Assembly: GCA_034190325.1 (NCBI GenBank) | Contig: JAXHST010000006.1 | Location: 1 to 32,000, forward strand | Length of the DNA stretch: 32,000 nt | Direction of reading: 5' to 3' | Source: Thermoplasmatota archaeon | GTDB taxonomy: Archaea > Thermoplasmatota > UBA186 > UBA287 | Shown here: positions 18,701 through 24,947 of the stretch, piece after piece | How positions within the stretch are numbered: the first letter of the stretch is position 1 | Layout: each line of letters opens with the position of its first letter | Translations under genes and position numbers: made by a program | Notes under the pieces: generated by a model | The model's database searches: none | What the model was told of the DNA's origin: nothing | Seen by the model: only the letters and a program-made list of their open reading frames with translations

Positions 18701-18822
18701 TCCGTTCCTCCACCCATGGTCTCTCCAGAAATACCTGTTGACCAGTTGAAGAAGCATGTGAGGAAGAGGGCAACACCAAACAGCACTACGAGAGATATGA
18801 TTTCCTTAGTTTTCGAATTCAT
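15748..18822 (-). CDS. aglB: archaeal oligosaccharyltransferase AglB (STT3 family) with C-terminal beta-sandwich extension
   Basis: 1024-aa ORF. Multi-TM N-terminal half, WWDYG motif (ASWWDYGFYNIQ), and about 200 C-terminal residues with two carboxypeptidase-regulatory/Cna-B-like repeats (GDGSFTLVAPEGDLKI; ESGRFTLSLDVGTYTINV). Confidence 0.9.
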   Translation of the reverse strand: MNSKTKEIISLVVLFGVALFLTCFFNWSTGISGETMGGGTDPWYHLRVVEYILENGRNLRWDPLLNFPSGWHNPRPIGFTFTAALVAKLLGGAESSAIAALNILPAIFGALCVFPIYFIAEKKSKREGLFAALFLVLTATHINTSAVGSADYDSFNLFFALLTILFYVMAIKALSVQESSVDEKLPSLKALLQEEKSAVKYALISGIFLAILAMSWEGFVYVDLILFLYLLVVQLIDHIRKKSSVRISLVTIIPFLVGPLLSAPYYMTIARQDAWLISVVVLLAALLATLIFLTLRKTPWTLLFPGAIIVLLAGLAVLYVLMPDIAELIITGWGYFGGNPVYRTIAEAQPPGVGYLAYLLGPATFFTAFVALGLVMRDVWKKWDLYYIFLCVWFILATFMAVSAARFIFNAGPIYAIMNGILLAYILSFANFGAIKKDFNRLKRTGRFYALRKSIRIRHVLLALIIAFVLFLPNVLLAIDAGSSYEWESENKNWYSDRFMGALGEIFMSEEELEGYGALANFAEKYNEPSAIEKRPAVASWWDYGFYNIQIGKHPTAADPFQNGYFWASRFFLSQNETHALQMVAARLLSYEGQMSRAQGIEFLRATGVEEPEAAYDALIKYEYTPHINEEQAVDLLALIKESTGRSIEYFVTTYREFEFGQMPPYIVIIPNVVGAIVRLSGFNESDFINALWAILYGQRGAVIPQEQWMKSYRTISDPSGSFTVLNEEEALRYVRENREEGYVTQHIMTTMTDKLVNSTIYRLHIGLPPQEMPGLDGEYLIYQGRAPAYGMKHFKTIISDNDYVTVARYYPGAIIEGKVYDYNGLPLSGITVGIRDENGVMHDSTSTEGDGSFTLVAPEGDLKIAVTQNGGAIAESEVNVSFEQAMDRARIEMDVHTEAKEFKGTLKSTAFMDANNNTVFDDGEEAKNATALVYSTPQQMSATATTDESGRFTLSLDVGTYTINVISGDYMGQGSVVIDAGKTSELEIPMVYYPGLSQQLQSQIPNLAGMTGGLPSNQTQQPI

Positions 18823-18941
18823 GGTAATACCCAGAATTGTATTTCTTCTATTTTATCTTATCCTTTGCTCCTCTCCTATCTTGTCCCAGCCTATCCTGTA
18901 CAATGCCCATACAAATTTATCTTTGTAAGGGTATTCTATCT

Positions 18942-19568
18942 ATGCTCACCATAGTTATAGCGGAGGCAGAGCTCGAGCTAGTGCCCGAAGAGGCTTTAAG
19001 CGAAAGGTGCGTCGTAGAGTCCGCAAAAAAGAGGGGAAAGAGTGCTGAGGAGATCCTTCTGGACAGCAGTTATCACCATAATGCTGAGATCTGCAGGTCC
19101 GGACGCAGAGGGAGACCTGATATTGTGCATATAACTTTGCAGGTTTTACAGGAGTGTCTTCTGAATAATCTTGGTGAGCTAAGGGTTTTTGTGCACACAA
19201 GGAACGATGAGGTTATATATGTAAATCCTGAAACGAGGCTTCCCAAAAACTATAACAGATTCTGTGGTCTTATTGAAAAGCTCTTTAAGGATAAGGTGAT
19301 CAAAGCTGACAATGAGCTTCTCCGCATTGAGCATAAGAGCATAGAAGATCTTCTGAAAGAACTGGAGGGTGAGAAGATCCTGATGCACCCTGAGGGCGCA
19401 GGGCTCTCTGAGCATAAGAGAATAGGGGATGTGGTTGCTGTGATAGGAGGCTTTCCTCATGGGGATTTCTATAGAAATTATAATCTGGAGCGCTATCGTA
19501 TAGGAGACCTTGAGCTCACCACATGGGCTACAGCTATGGAAGTTCTATGCTGGTATACGCATAAGTAA
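18942..19568 (+). CDS. nep1: rRNA small-subunit pseudouridine methyltransferase Nep1/Emg1
   Basis: MLTIVIAEAELELVPEE, RGRPDIVHITLQ, VNPETRLPKNYNRFCGLIEKL and IGGFPHGDF match archaeal Nep1. The ORF-track start at 18837 adds a non-homologous hydrophobic extension, so Met36 (18942) was chosen. Confidence 0.85.
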   Translation: MLTIVIAEAELELVPEEALSERCVVESAKKRGKSAEEILLDSSYHHNAEICRSGRRGRPDIVHITLQVLQECLLNNLGELRVFVHTRNDEVIYVNPETRLPKNYNRFCGLIEKLFKDKVIKADNELLRIEHKSIEDLLKELEGEKILMHPEGAGLSEHKRIGDVVAVIGGFPHGDFYRNYNLERYRIGDLELTTWATAMEVLCWYTHK

Positions 19569-19592
19569 TTTTTAAATATTAAAAACAAGCTT

Positions 19593-20027
19593 ATGTTTAT
19601 GGATGAAGGATATGAGTATGAGATTCCAAAAATGAAGCCCCGCATAGGCTTTATTCTCTCTGTTATTGCAGGAATGCTTATAATTCTGAGCGCTGTGATG
19701 GTTTTGTACCTTGGGGTCAATCCATCCCTGCTTGAAGCTGAAGAGATGCAGGGGACACTGCAGGAGCTTGCTGAGCGCTCTGGTATGGAAACCTCTGAGG
19801 TCATGGATCTTATGTCCTCAATGTATCTTGGTATGGGGATCTTTGGTGTTGTTTCTGGCTTGCTTATCCTGCTGGGAGGAGCTTTAGCTTACTATCGCGG
19901 TTTCAGGGTTGGTGGGGGAGTAATTGTTCTTCTCTTCTCCATCCTATCTCTATTTGGTGGTGGAGGGTTATTCTTAGGACTGATACTTGGGGTCATAGGT
20001 GGGGTTTTGATACTGATGAACCGTTAG
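19593..20027 (+). CDS. small integral membrane protein, Gly-rich TM helices, unknown function
   Basis: 144-aa ORF with about 3 predicted TM segments, for example GGVIVLLFSILSLFGGGGLFLGLILGVIGGVLIL. No recognisable motif. Confidence 0.5.
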   Translation: MFMDEGYEYEIPKMKPRIGFILSVIAGMLIILSAVMVLYLGVNPSLLEAEEMQGTLQELAERSGMETSEVMDLMSSMYLGMGIFGVVSGLLILLGGALAYYRGFRVGGGVIVLLFSILSLFGGGGLFLGLILGVIGGVLILMNR

Positions 20028-20503
20028 ATCTTCAGCAGACCTATAAACCTATCAGCGCTGGAATTTGCCCACTCAAAAAAGGTAAAGGGCGCATCGCGCA
20101 GGGGGCTATTGCAGAAAGGCAGCCTTGCGAGCAGCGGTAGCGCAAGGTCTGAGAGTCTGCTCATGAATGAAAAGTAGTTTGACATGTATGCGCACATAGC
20201 AGAGATTATAAAGAAAGAGGACAGATCAAAGCATTTGTTTATGCTCCCTCTAATAGTTTCAATGTGCAAAGGGATGAGCGAAAGCTCTCCCAGCGTAAGA
20301 GCTTCTATCACTTCATTTATTGAGTCAGCCAGCTCATTTAGAAATAAAAGATCGCAGAGGAAAAGGACAAACTTCCTCATGGAAAAATGCTCTCCTGACG
20401 CAGGTGCCCTGGCAGATACCTCGCCCTCTTCAACCTGCGCCTTAGCCAGAGGGAGAATGAGGAGAATAAAAAAAAAGAAAAAAGAAAAAGCGAGCCCCCT
20501 CAC
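20024..20503 (-). CDS. hypothetical protein with signal-peptide-like N-terminus (last gene of the Roadblock/GTPase operon)
   Basis: 159-aa ORF with a 4-nt overlap with the upstream KaiC-like gene. N-terminus is MRGLAFSFFFFFILLILPLAKAQ. No recognisable family. The antisense ORF 20184-20507 looks like low-quality sequence. Confidence 0.45.
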   Translation of the reverse strand: MRGLAFSFFFFFILLILPLAKAQVEEGEVSARAPASGEHFSMRKFVLFLCDLLFLNELADSINEVIEALTLGELSLIPLHIETIRGSINKCFDLSSFFIISAMCAYMSNYFSFMSRLSDLALPLLARLPFCNSPLRDAPFTFFEWANSSADRFIGLLKI

Positions 20504-21240
20504 CTGATTCTCCCTATCTCAAAAGCTCCTGTCACATCGATAGTGCTCTTCTCAAGCCGGTATTCGACCCAGTTTCTGGATTTTGTCCCTCCAAAGCCCT
20601 GAAGCCTCAGATATAACTTTGACTCTCTAGTCTCTTCTTTAAACTCTAAGACTCCATCCATTATCCCTTTGAATAACTGAACCTCAGATTCGGGATGCAC
20701 CCCCGCGCCCATCACAAACATTGTTGTTGCTCCTGCGCTCTTTGCTCTACCTTTCATGATCTGAACGAACCTGAAGACCGTAGGGGCATTGGTGTTCGTT
20801 ATAAGGGTAGTGAGAGAGTCAAGGACTATGAGGTGATGCATATGCTTTCCCATGACCATCTGCTGTGCTTTGTTTAGCGCCAGGTTGATAGCAGCAAGAT
20901 CCATAGGGCTAGGTACATACTCTATGTATTTGTCCTTCTCTGTTACCCCTATGCTCATGGAATAGACATCCATGTATCTGACAAGTCCATTTGTTTCATA
21001 TGTTTGATATTTTGAATCCAGACTGGTTAACTCATCTCTCAGCTGGGTGGCAGGGGCATCTGTTGTTATGAATATTGTGGGTATTCCATGTCTCAAACAC
21101 TCAACAGAAAAGTTTTTTACAAACTGCTCTTTCCCTATGAATGGTGGTCCATACACCAGAAAAGCAGATCTGGCAGGAATGCCGCCCATAAGGAGAGTAT
21201 CCAGCCCTTCTATACCCGTAACAAGTTTTCTATCGCTCAT
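20500..21240 (-). CDS. KaiC/RecA-like (RAD55-type) protein with atypical Walker A
   Basis: 246-aa ORF. TGIEGLDTLLMGGIPARSAFLVYGPPFIGKEQF, where the Walker A reads GPPFIGKE (21127-21150), with Glu in place of Ser/Thr. Walker-B-like HHLIVLDSLTTL. Confidence 0.75.
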   Translation of the reverse strand: MSDRKLVTGIEGLDTLLMGGIPARSAFLVYGPPFIGKEQFVKNFSVECLRHGIPTIFITTDAPATQLRDELTSLDSKYQTYETNGLVRYMDVYSMSIGVTEKDKYIEYVPSPMDLAAINLALNKAQQMVMGKHMHHLIVLDSLTTLITNTNAPTVFRFVQIMKGRAKSAGATTMFVMGAGVHPESEVQLFKGIMDGVLEFKEETRESKLYLRLQGFGGTKSRNWVEYRLEKSTIDVTGAFEIGRIR

Positions 21241-22409
21241 TTTTCTTCCTCCTTTCTATGCAGTATTAAATCAACCAGGGTCTCAAATGCTTTAAGCACA
21301 TGTTCTTTATCCTTTGCAACACACGGAAGTATTGGTATCTCCTCCGGCAGCCTCATCCTCTCCTTTATTTCTTCAGGCGGCAAAGCTCCCGGCTCATCCT
21401 GTTTGTTTGCCAGGAATATTATGGGCATCCCGGTCTTCCATACCTCCTGCCACATGGCCTTTGATCTATCGAATGTCTCCGGTCTTGCGCTGTCAACCAT
21501 GACTATTGTGCCTATTGCATTCAGCGATAGTGTTCTTAGCAAAGGGTCAAACCTTTCTTGTCCGGGGGTTCCGAATATGTCTGCGCTCACACCCGCATGC
21601 TCTACGTGTCCATGGTCCAGCGCAATGGTTGTCCCGAGCCTGTCAACGGATACTGCCCTTGTAGATAGGGTATGTATGAACGTTGATTTACCAGAGTGAA
21701 AGGGTCCTGTGACTATGATCTTTGGTATGTACACTCTCACACCCCCGGGCTTTATGACCTTGAACATAACGGATCTGTTTTCTATGTTCTCGAGCCATCT
21801 TGCCTTAGCTACCTCAAAATACTCTCCGAAAACAACTCTTTGCTCTATACCCTTTATATTTATAAGACAATCAACATCCCTTATCTTCTCTATTGTTTTT
21901 TCATCATACGGCCAGAGTATGAAAGACAAAAAGGTTGTTGTTGCTTTTTTAAAGGTCTCTTTTAACTTTTCAAGGTTCTCAACGAAGCTCTGCTCCCCAC
22001 AGTAGTCAACAAGTGTTGAGAGAGCAGGTATAGCAAGAATGCCCCCCTCTACAGAATCCAGCGCCTTTTCTATGGTCTCTATTATCTCTTTTATATCATT
22101 CGGGTGTTTGACAATAAACTCTGCATCGGAGGGTGCGCCTATCAACATGGAGTAGCAGTCAACAAAAACTACCCTGCTTCTATACCGCTCCAGACTCCAT
22201 CCATATTCCTCAAATTCCCTCAATAGATACTGCGGGGGTTTTGAAAGAGCTACAATAACCCCCTCCTTCCCTGCAGAGATATTCTCATAAAATGCCTGGT
22301 ACACAAAGGGATCACCTTCGACGGTGGGTTCTGTGAGAAAAAGAACAGTGCTACCCCCGGGTATGGAACCCAGCATCTCATCCAGCACCACTATGTTAGT
22401 ATTAACCAT
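21237..22409 (-). CDS. fusion protein: degenerate KaiC-like domain (aa 1-225) plus Ras-like small GTPase (aa 229-385)
   Basis: 390-aa ORF. The N-domain is paralogous to the downstream KaiC-like protein (LGSIPGGSTVLFLTEPTVEGDPF; VFVDCYS; GGILAIPALSTL) but has no GK[ST] and no Walker B Asp. The C-domain has G1 GPFHSGKST (21681-21707), G3 DIFGTPGQERF, G4 NKQD and a G5-like CVAK. Confidence 0.8.
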   Translation of the reverse strand: MVNTNIVVLDEMLGSIPGGSTVLFLTEPTVEGDPFVYQAFYENISAGKEGVIVALSKPPQYLLREFEEYGWSLERYRSRVVFVDCYSMLIGAPSDAEFIVKHPNDIKEIIETIEKALDSVEGGILAIPALSTLVDYCGEQSFVENLEKLKETFKKATTTFLSFILWPYDEKTIEKIRDVDCLINIKGIEQRVVFGEYFEVAKARWLENIENRSVMFKVIKPGGVRVYIPKIIVTGPFHSGKSTFIHTLSTRAVSVDRLGTTIALDHGHVEHAGVSADIFGTPGQERFDPLLRTLSLNAIGTIVMVDSARPETFDRSKAMWQEVWKTGMPIIFLANKQDEPGALPPEEIKERMRLPEEIPILPCVAKDKEHVLKAFETLVDLILHRKEEEK

Positions 22410-22413
22410 TTTT

Positions 22414-22932
22414 CTATTCCCCCTTCTCTTTCAGAACTATCCTGCATCTATCGTCTCCCTTTGCTAAGCATTCCTCCTCCGTACTCTCATATTTTTTGTT
22501 GTAGAGCTCGGAGAAAAAGCCAGCAAAGTAACCTGCAAAATAAGAGTCCGCTGCCCTTCCTTTTGCCCTCTTTCCTATAGGAAAGCCTTTGCTCGCTGTG
22601 ATGTAGATCTCCTTACTGTTTTCCTCTATTTCTATCTCAACATCACCTATCCCCGTGGCTTTTGTGAATTCGCACAGCTTTTTTAGAGCTTCTTCCCCAG
22701 CCTCTCCCGCAAAATCTCTGTAAACACTTTTTCCATAGTCCTCCCCCACGAAGTAGAGAAGTGTTGCTGCAGGAGCTCCTACTATCCTTGTGATCCTCTC
22801 ATAGAGGGAGAAGAAGAGGTCACTCTTAACCAGGATGACCGAGGTTGAGTCTATCTCCAATCCTTCATTGAACTTCAGTTTTTCTTTCCACTCTTTGAGC
22901 AGGTCTTCAGCCTTTTCGCTTTTGTATAGCAT
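22414..22932 (-). CDS. V4R domain protein
   Basis: 172-aa ORF. DSYFAGYFAGFFSELY ... EECLAKGDDRCRIV is the V4R C-terminal signature, C-x3-G-D-x2-C. Confidence 0.7.
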   Translation of the reverse strand: MLYKSEKAEDLLKEWKEKLKFNEGLEIDSTSVILVKSDLFFSLYERITRIVGAPAATLLYFVGEDYGKSVYRDFAGEAGEEALKKLCEFTKATGIGDVEIEIEENSKEIYITASKGFPIGKRAKGRAADSYFAGYFAGFFSELYNKKYESTEEECLAKGDDRCRIVLKEKGE

Positions 22933-22936
22933 ACTT

Positions 22937-23317
22937 TCACCCCAGTATCTCCTTTATTCTGTTCACAGCCTTCTCTGCCTGTATAAAGAGCATGCCCAGG
23001 TTGACATTGTATCTGCAGAGGATAACCAGCAGAGTATCGGCACTGGCGCCCGTTATAATCATGCGGGTTGTCTTTGTCTCCACAAGAACCCTCTCAGGAG
23101 GATCCCTGGCCAGCTCCATCATTGCTGTTTCGGCTGCGCCGAGCATCGTAGCGCTCATAGCCGAAAAAGCTTCCTTACCAACCCTTGTTGGAAGGTGCGA
23201 TATTATGATAAGCCCGTCTCTAGAGACTATCGCACTCCCTTCTATTCCCGTCAGCCTATCAAGGTCCTGAAGCACCTCGTTTAGCATTTCCTGTTTTGTT
23301 TCTGCCATTTTAACCAC
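22937..23317 (-). CDS. Roadblock/LC7 (MglB-like) domain protein
   Basis: 126-aa ORF. LTGIEGSAIVSRDGLIIISHLP ... AFSAMSATMLGAAETAMMEL ... VLVETKTTRMIITGASADTLLVIL follows the alpha-beta-beta-alpha-beta-beta pattern typical of Roadblock/LC7. Confidence 0.8.
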   Translation of the reverse strand: MVKMAETKQEMLNEVLQDLDRLTGIEGSAIVSRDGLIIISHLPTRVGKEAFSAMSATMLGAAETAMMELARDPPERVLVETKTTRMIITGASADTLLVILCRYNVNLGMLFIQAEKAVNRIKEILG

Positions 23318-23777
23318 CTACCGTTACCAGATCCAACACCTCTTCACTTCCTTCCTGCTCCGGGAGGAGCCTGAAACTGAGTCTGTTGACAGCAACGCTC
23401 ATGTTGAAGTAGTCATTTAGAAAAGCCATTGCGACAGCTGAAAGGAAGGTGCATGGATGTTTATTGCTGCGTACGAGCTTTTCTATCCTTTCATAATCAA
23501 ATATGTTATAGCTCTTTATATAAATTTCACTATTTTTTCTCTCCACAATTATCTTATTGCAGTATCCTTCCTCTTCATAATGATGAAGAAGTTCGCTGAG
23601 AGAGACAACAGGATCTTTAAGATCTTTGGGTATCCACTTTCTAGCTTCAGCCCTTTTTAACAGTGTACCCCCTATACGCCTTACTATTGCTGGTGTTGAG
23701 ACTCCAAACAGATCCGAGATTGAAGAGGTTAGAGAATACAGCAGAACATTAGCGAGATCTTTCTTCACCTTTGCCAT
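23310..23777 (-). CDS. V4R-like fold protein lacking the C-terminal Cys motif
   Basis: 155-aa ORF. By eye it aligns segment-for-segment with the neighbouring V4R protein: LLYSLTSSISDLFGVSTPAIVRRIGG versus LYERITRIVGAPAATLLYFVGE; SEIYIKS versus KEIYITAS; HPCTFLSAVAMAFLNDYF versus DSYFAGYFAGFFSELY. It has no CxxxGDxxC tail. Confidence 0.4.
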   Translation of the reverse strand: MAKVKKDLANVLLYSLTSSISDLFGVSTPAIVRRIGGTLLKRAEARKWIPKDLKDPVVSLSELLHHYEEEGYCNKIIVERKNSEIYIKSYNIFDYERIEKLVRSNKHPCTFLSAVAMAFLNDYFNMSVAVNRLSFRLLPEQEGSEEVLDLVTVGG

Positions 23778-23791
23778 TATGGCATATTTGT

Positions 23792-23820
23792 AAACATATT
23801 AAATAAATGTTTCTATCAAA
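23792..23820 (-). promoter_or_regulatory. putative promoter with TATA-like box embedded in an inverted repeat, upstream of the Roadblock/GTPase operon
   Basis: The minus strand reads AGAAACAT-TTATTTAAT-ATGTTT-ACAAATATGCCATA-ATG. The AAACAT/ATGTTT inverted repeat (23792-23797 / 23807-23812) flanks an A/T box. That box is centred about 25 nt upstream of the ATG at 23777, which is consistent with a leaderless archaeal transcript. Confidence 0.35.
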
Positions 23821-23821
23821 G

Positions 23822-23932
23822 CGGACGCGGGGGGATTTTCATGCAGGTTTTGAAAGGATGAAATCCTTCATTTTGAACCCCCGACTCCCGGCTTAGGAGG
23901 CCGGTGCCTTATCCAAGCTAGGCCACGCGCCC
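23822..23932 (-). tRNA. tRNA-Arg (anticodon CCU) with a ~36-nt intron inside the T-loop
   Basis: Hand-folded on the minus strand. Acceptor GGGCGCG/CGCGTCC (one G-U), D-arm GCCT-AGCTTGGATA-AGGC, anticodon arm CCGGC-CTCCTAA-GCCGG (CCT = plus 23895-23897). Variable loop GAGTC, T-stem GGGGG/CCCCC. 43 nt (23835-23877) lie between the T-stem halves instead of 7. Discriminator G; no CCA. Confidence 0.85.
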
Positions 23933-23980
23933 TTCTGGAGAATGAGCATAACCATAGAAAAAGTTTTCTTATCCATCCTA

Positions 23981-24409
23981 TCATTCCACTTTTATACCCC
24001 TCTGCCCTCTATATCTCCCAGTGTACTTTTTTTCAGCAGGGCTCAGCATCCTCTCAAAAACTATCTGTACAAACCTTTCTCCTTTTTTCAGCTCGATTCT
24101 CTCATCACCTGCGTTGAAACATCCTATGGTCAGGGTGCCCTCAAATCCTGCATCGACCTTACCGAAAGAGCAGAAGATCCCTCTTCTGGCAAAGCTGCTC
24201 CTCACCCACAACTGTGCGCAAATATTCCCGGAGAGCTCTATGAACTCCGTTGTTGACACAAGAAAAAAGCTTTTGGGTTCTGGAAAGCCTCTCATCTCAT
24301 TTATGCTTAGATCATAGCCATTTGGTGTGAGAGCTTCTCTATCAAATGGATCTATCTTAAGCTCGCCTTTTTTTATAGCTTCTGTTATACCAAGATCGCT
24401 GAGGATCAT
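23981..24409 (-). CDS. dCTP deaminase/dUTPase-family protein (short form, likely dUTP diphosphatase)
   Basis: MILSDLGITEAIKKGELKIDPF, NGYDLS, VRSSFARRGIF, GKVDAGFEGTLT and GERFVQIVF ... YTGRYRGQRG match the Dcd/Dut trimeric family. Start taken at Met16 (24409) of the 157-aa ORF. Confidence 0.8.
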   Translation of the reverse strand: MILSDLGITEAIKKGELKIDPFDREALTPNGYDLSINEMRGFPEPKSFFLVSTTEFIELSGNICAQLWVRSSFARRGIFCSFGKVDAGFEGTLTIGCFNAGDERIELKKGERFVQIVFERMLSPAEKKYTGRYRGQRGIKVE

Positions 24410-24470
24410 ATTCCCTATAATTGCATGAAAATAAATATATATTCTTATTAACATTCACATCAGAGATACT

Positions 24471-24911
24471 ATGACTACGCCGTTTGATGTTGGTGCAGAC
24501 CTCCTGATCGAGAGGTTGGCTGAGAAGCTTAGGAGCGATGAGAATGAGAATATAAAGCCCCCAGAGTGGGCAGGATACGTGAAAACAGGAGCGCAAAAAG
24601 AAAAATTGCCAGCGCGGAAAGATTGGTGGTATATCAGATCTGCAGCGGTGTTGAGGAAGCTTTACATTAAAGGCCCTCTGGGAGTTGAAAGGTTAAGAGC
24701 AGAGTATGGTGGAGCCAAGAGAAGAGGGTGCAGACCTCAAAAAGCCACCAAAGGAAGCGGGGCTATTATAAGAGAGATTTTGCAACAGCTTGAAAGCGCT
24801 GGTGTCGTCTCAAAAGTAGAGAAAGAAGGAAGAGCTTTGACACCGAAGGGAAGGGCTCTTCTAGACTCTGTTGCCTATGAGCTTAGAGTAGAGAGCAGAG
24901 AGGTGAGTTAA
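24471..24911 (+). CDS. rps19e: 30S ribosomal protein eS19
   Basis: 146-aa ORF. Contains PEWAGYVKTGAQKEKLP, DWWYIRSAAVLRKLYIKGPLGVERLRAEYGG and GSGAIIREILQQLE. Confidence 0.95.
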   Translation: MTTPFDVGADLLIERLAEKLRSDENENIKPPEWAGYVKTGAQKEKLPARKDWWYIRSAAVLRKLYIKGPLGVERLRAEYGGAKRRGCRPQKATKGSGAIIREILQQLESAGVVSKVEKEGRALTPKGRALLDSVAYELRVESREVS

Positions 24912-24947
24912 ACGGACGAAGAACTTGAAAAGCTAAGAAAAAAGAGA

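Noticed and set aside
18845-18905. Pyrimidine-rich imperfect direct repeats (CCTATCTTGT / CCTATCCTGT) in the aglB/nep1 divergent region
   Set aside because: There are only two short imperfect copies in an AT/pyrimidine-rich promoter region. That is insufficient to claim a regulatory repeat.
18837-18941. N-terminal 35-codon extension of the Nep1 ORF as given in the ORF track
   Set aside because: The extension (MYFFYFILSFAPLLSCPSLSC...) is hydrophobic junk lying in the divergent promoter region. Nep1 homology begins at MLTIVIAEAELELVPEE, which is Met36 at 18942.
20184-20507. 107-aa plus-strand ORF overlapping the operon's last gene
   Set aside because: It has a Ser/Arg/Lys-rich tail (RMRRIKKKKKEKAS) produced by the poly-A tract. 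The opposite-strand ORF fits the operon's overlap pattern, so the minus-strand ORF was preferred, though only at modest confidence.
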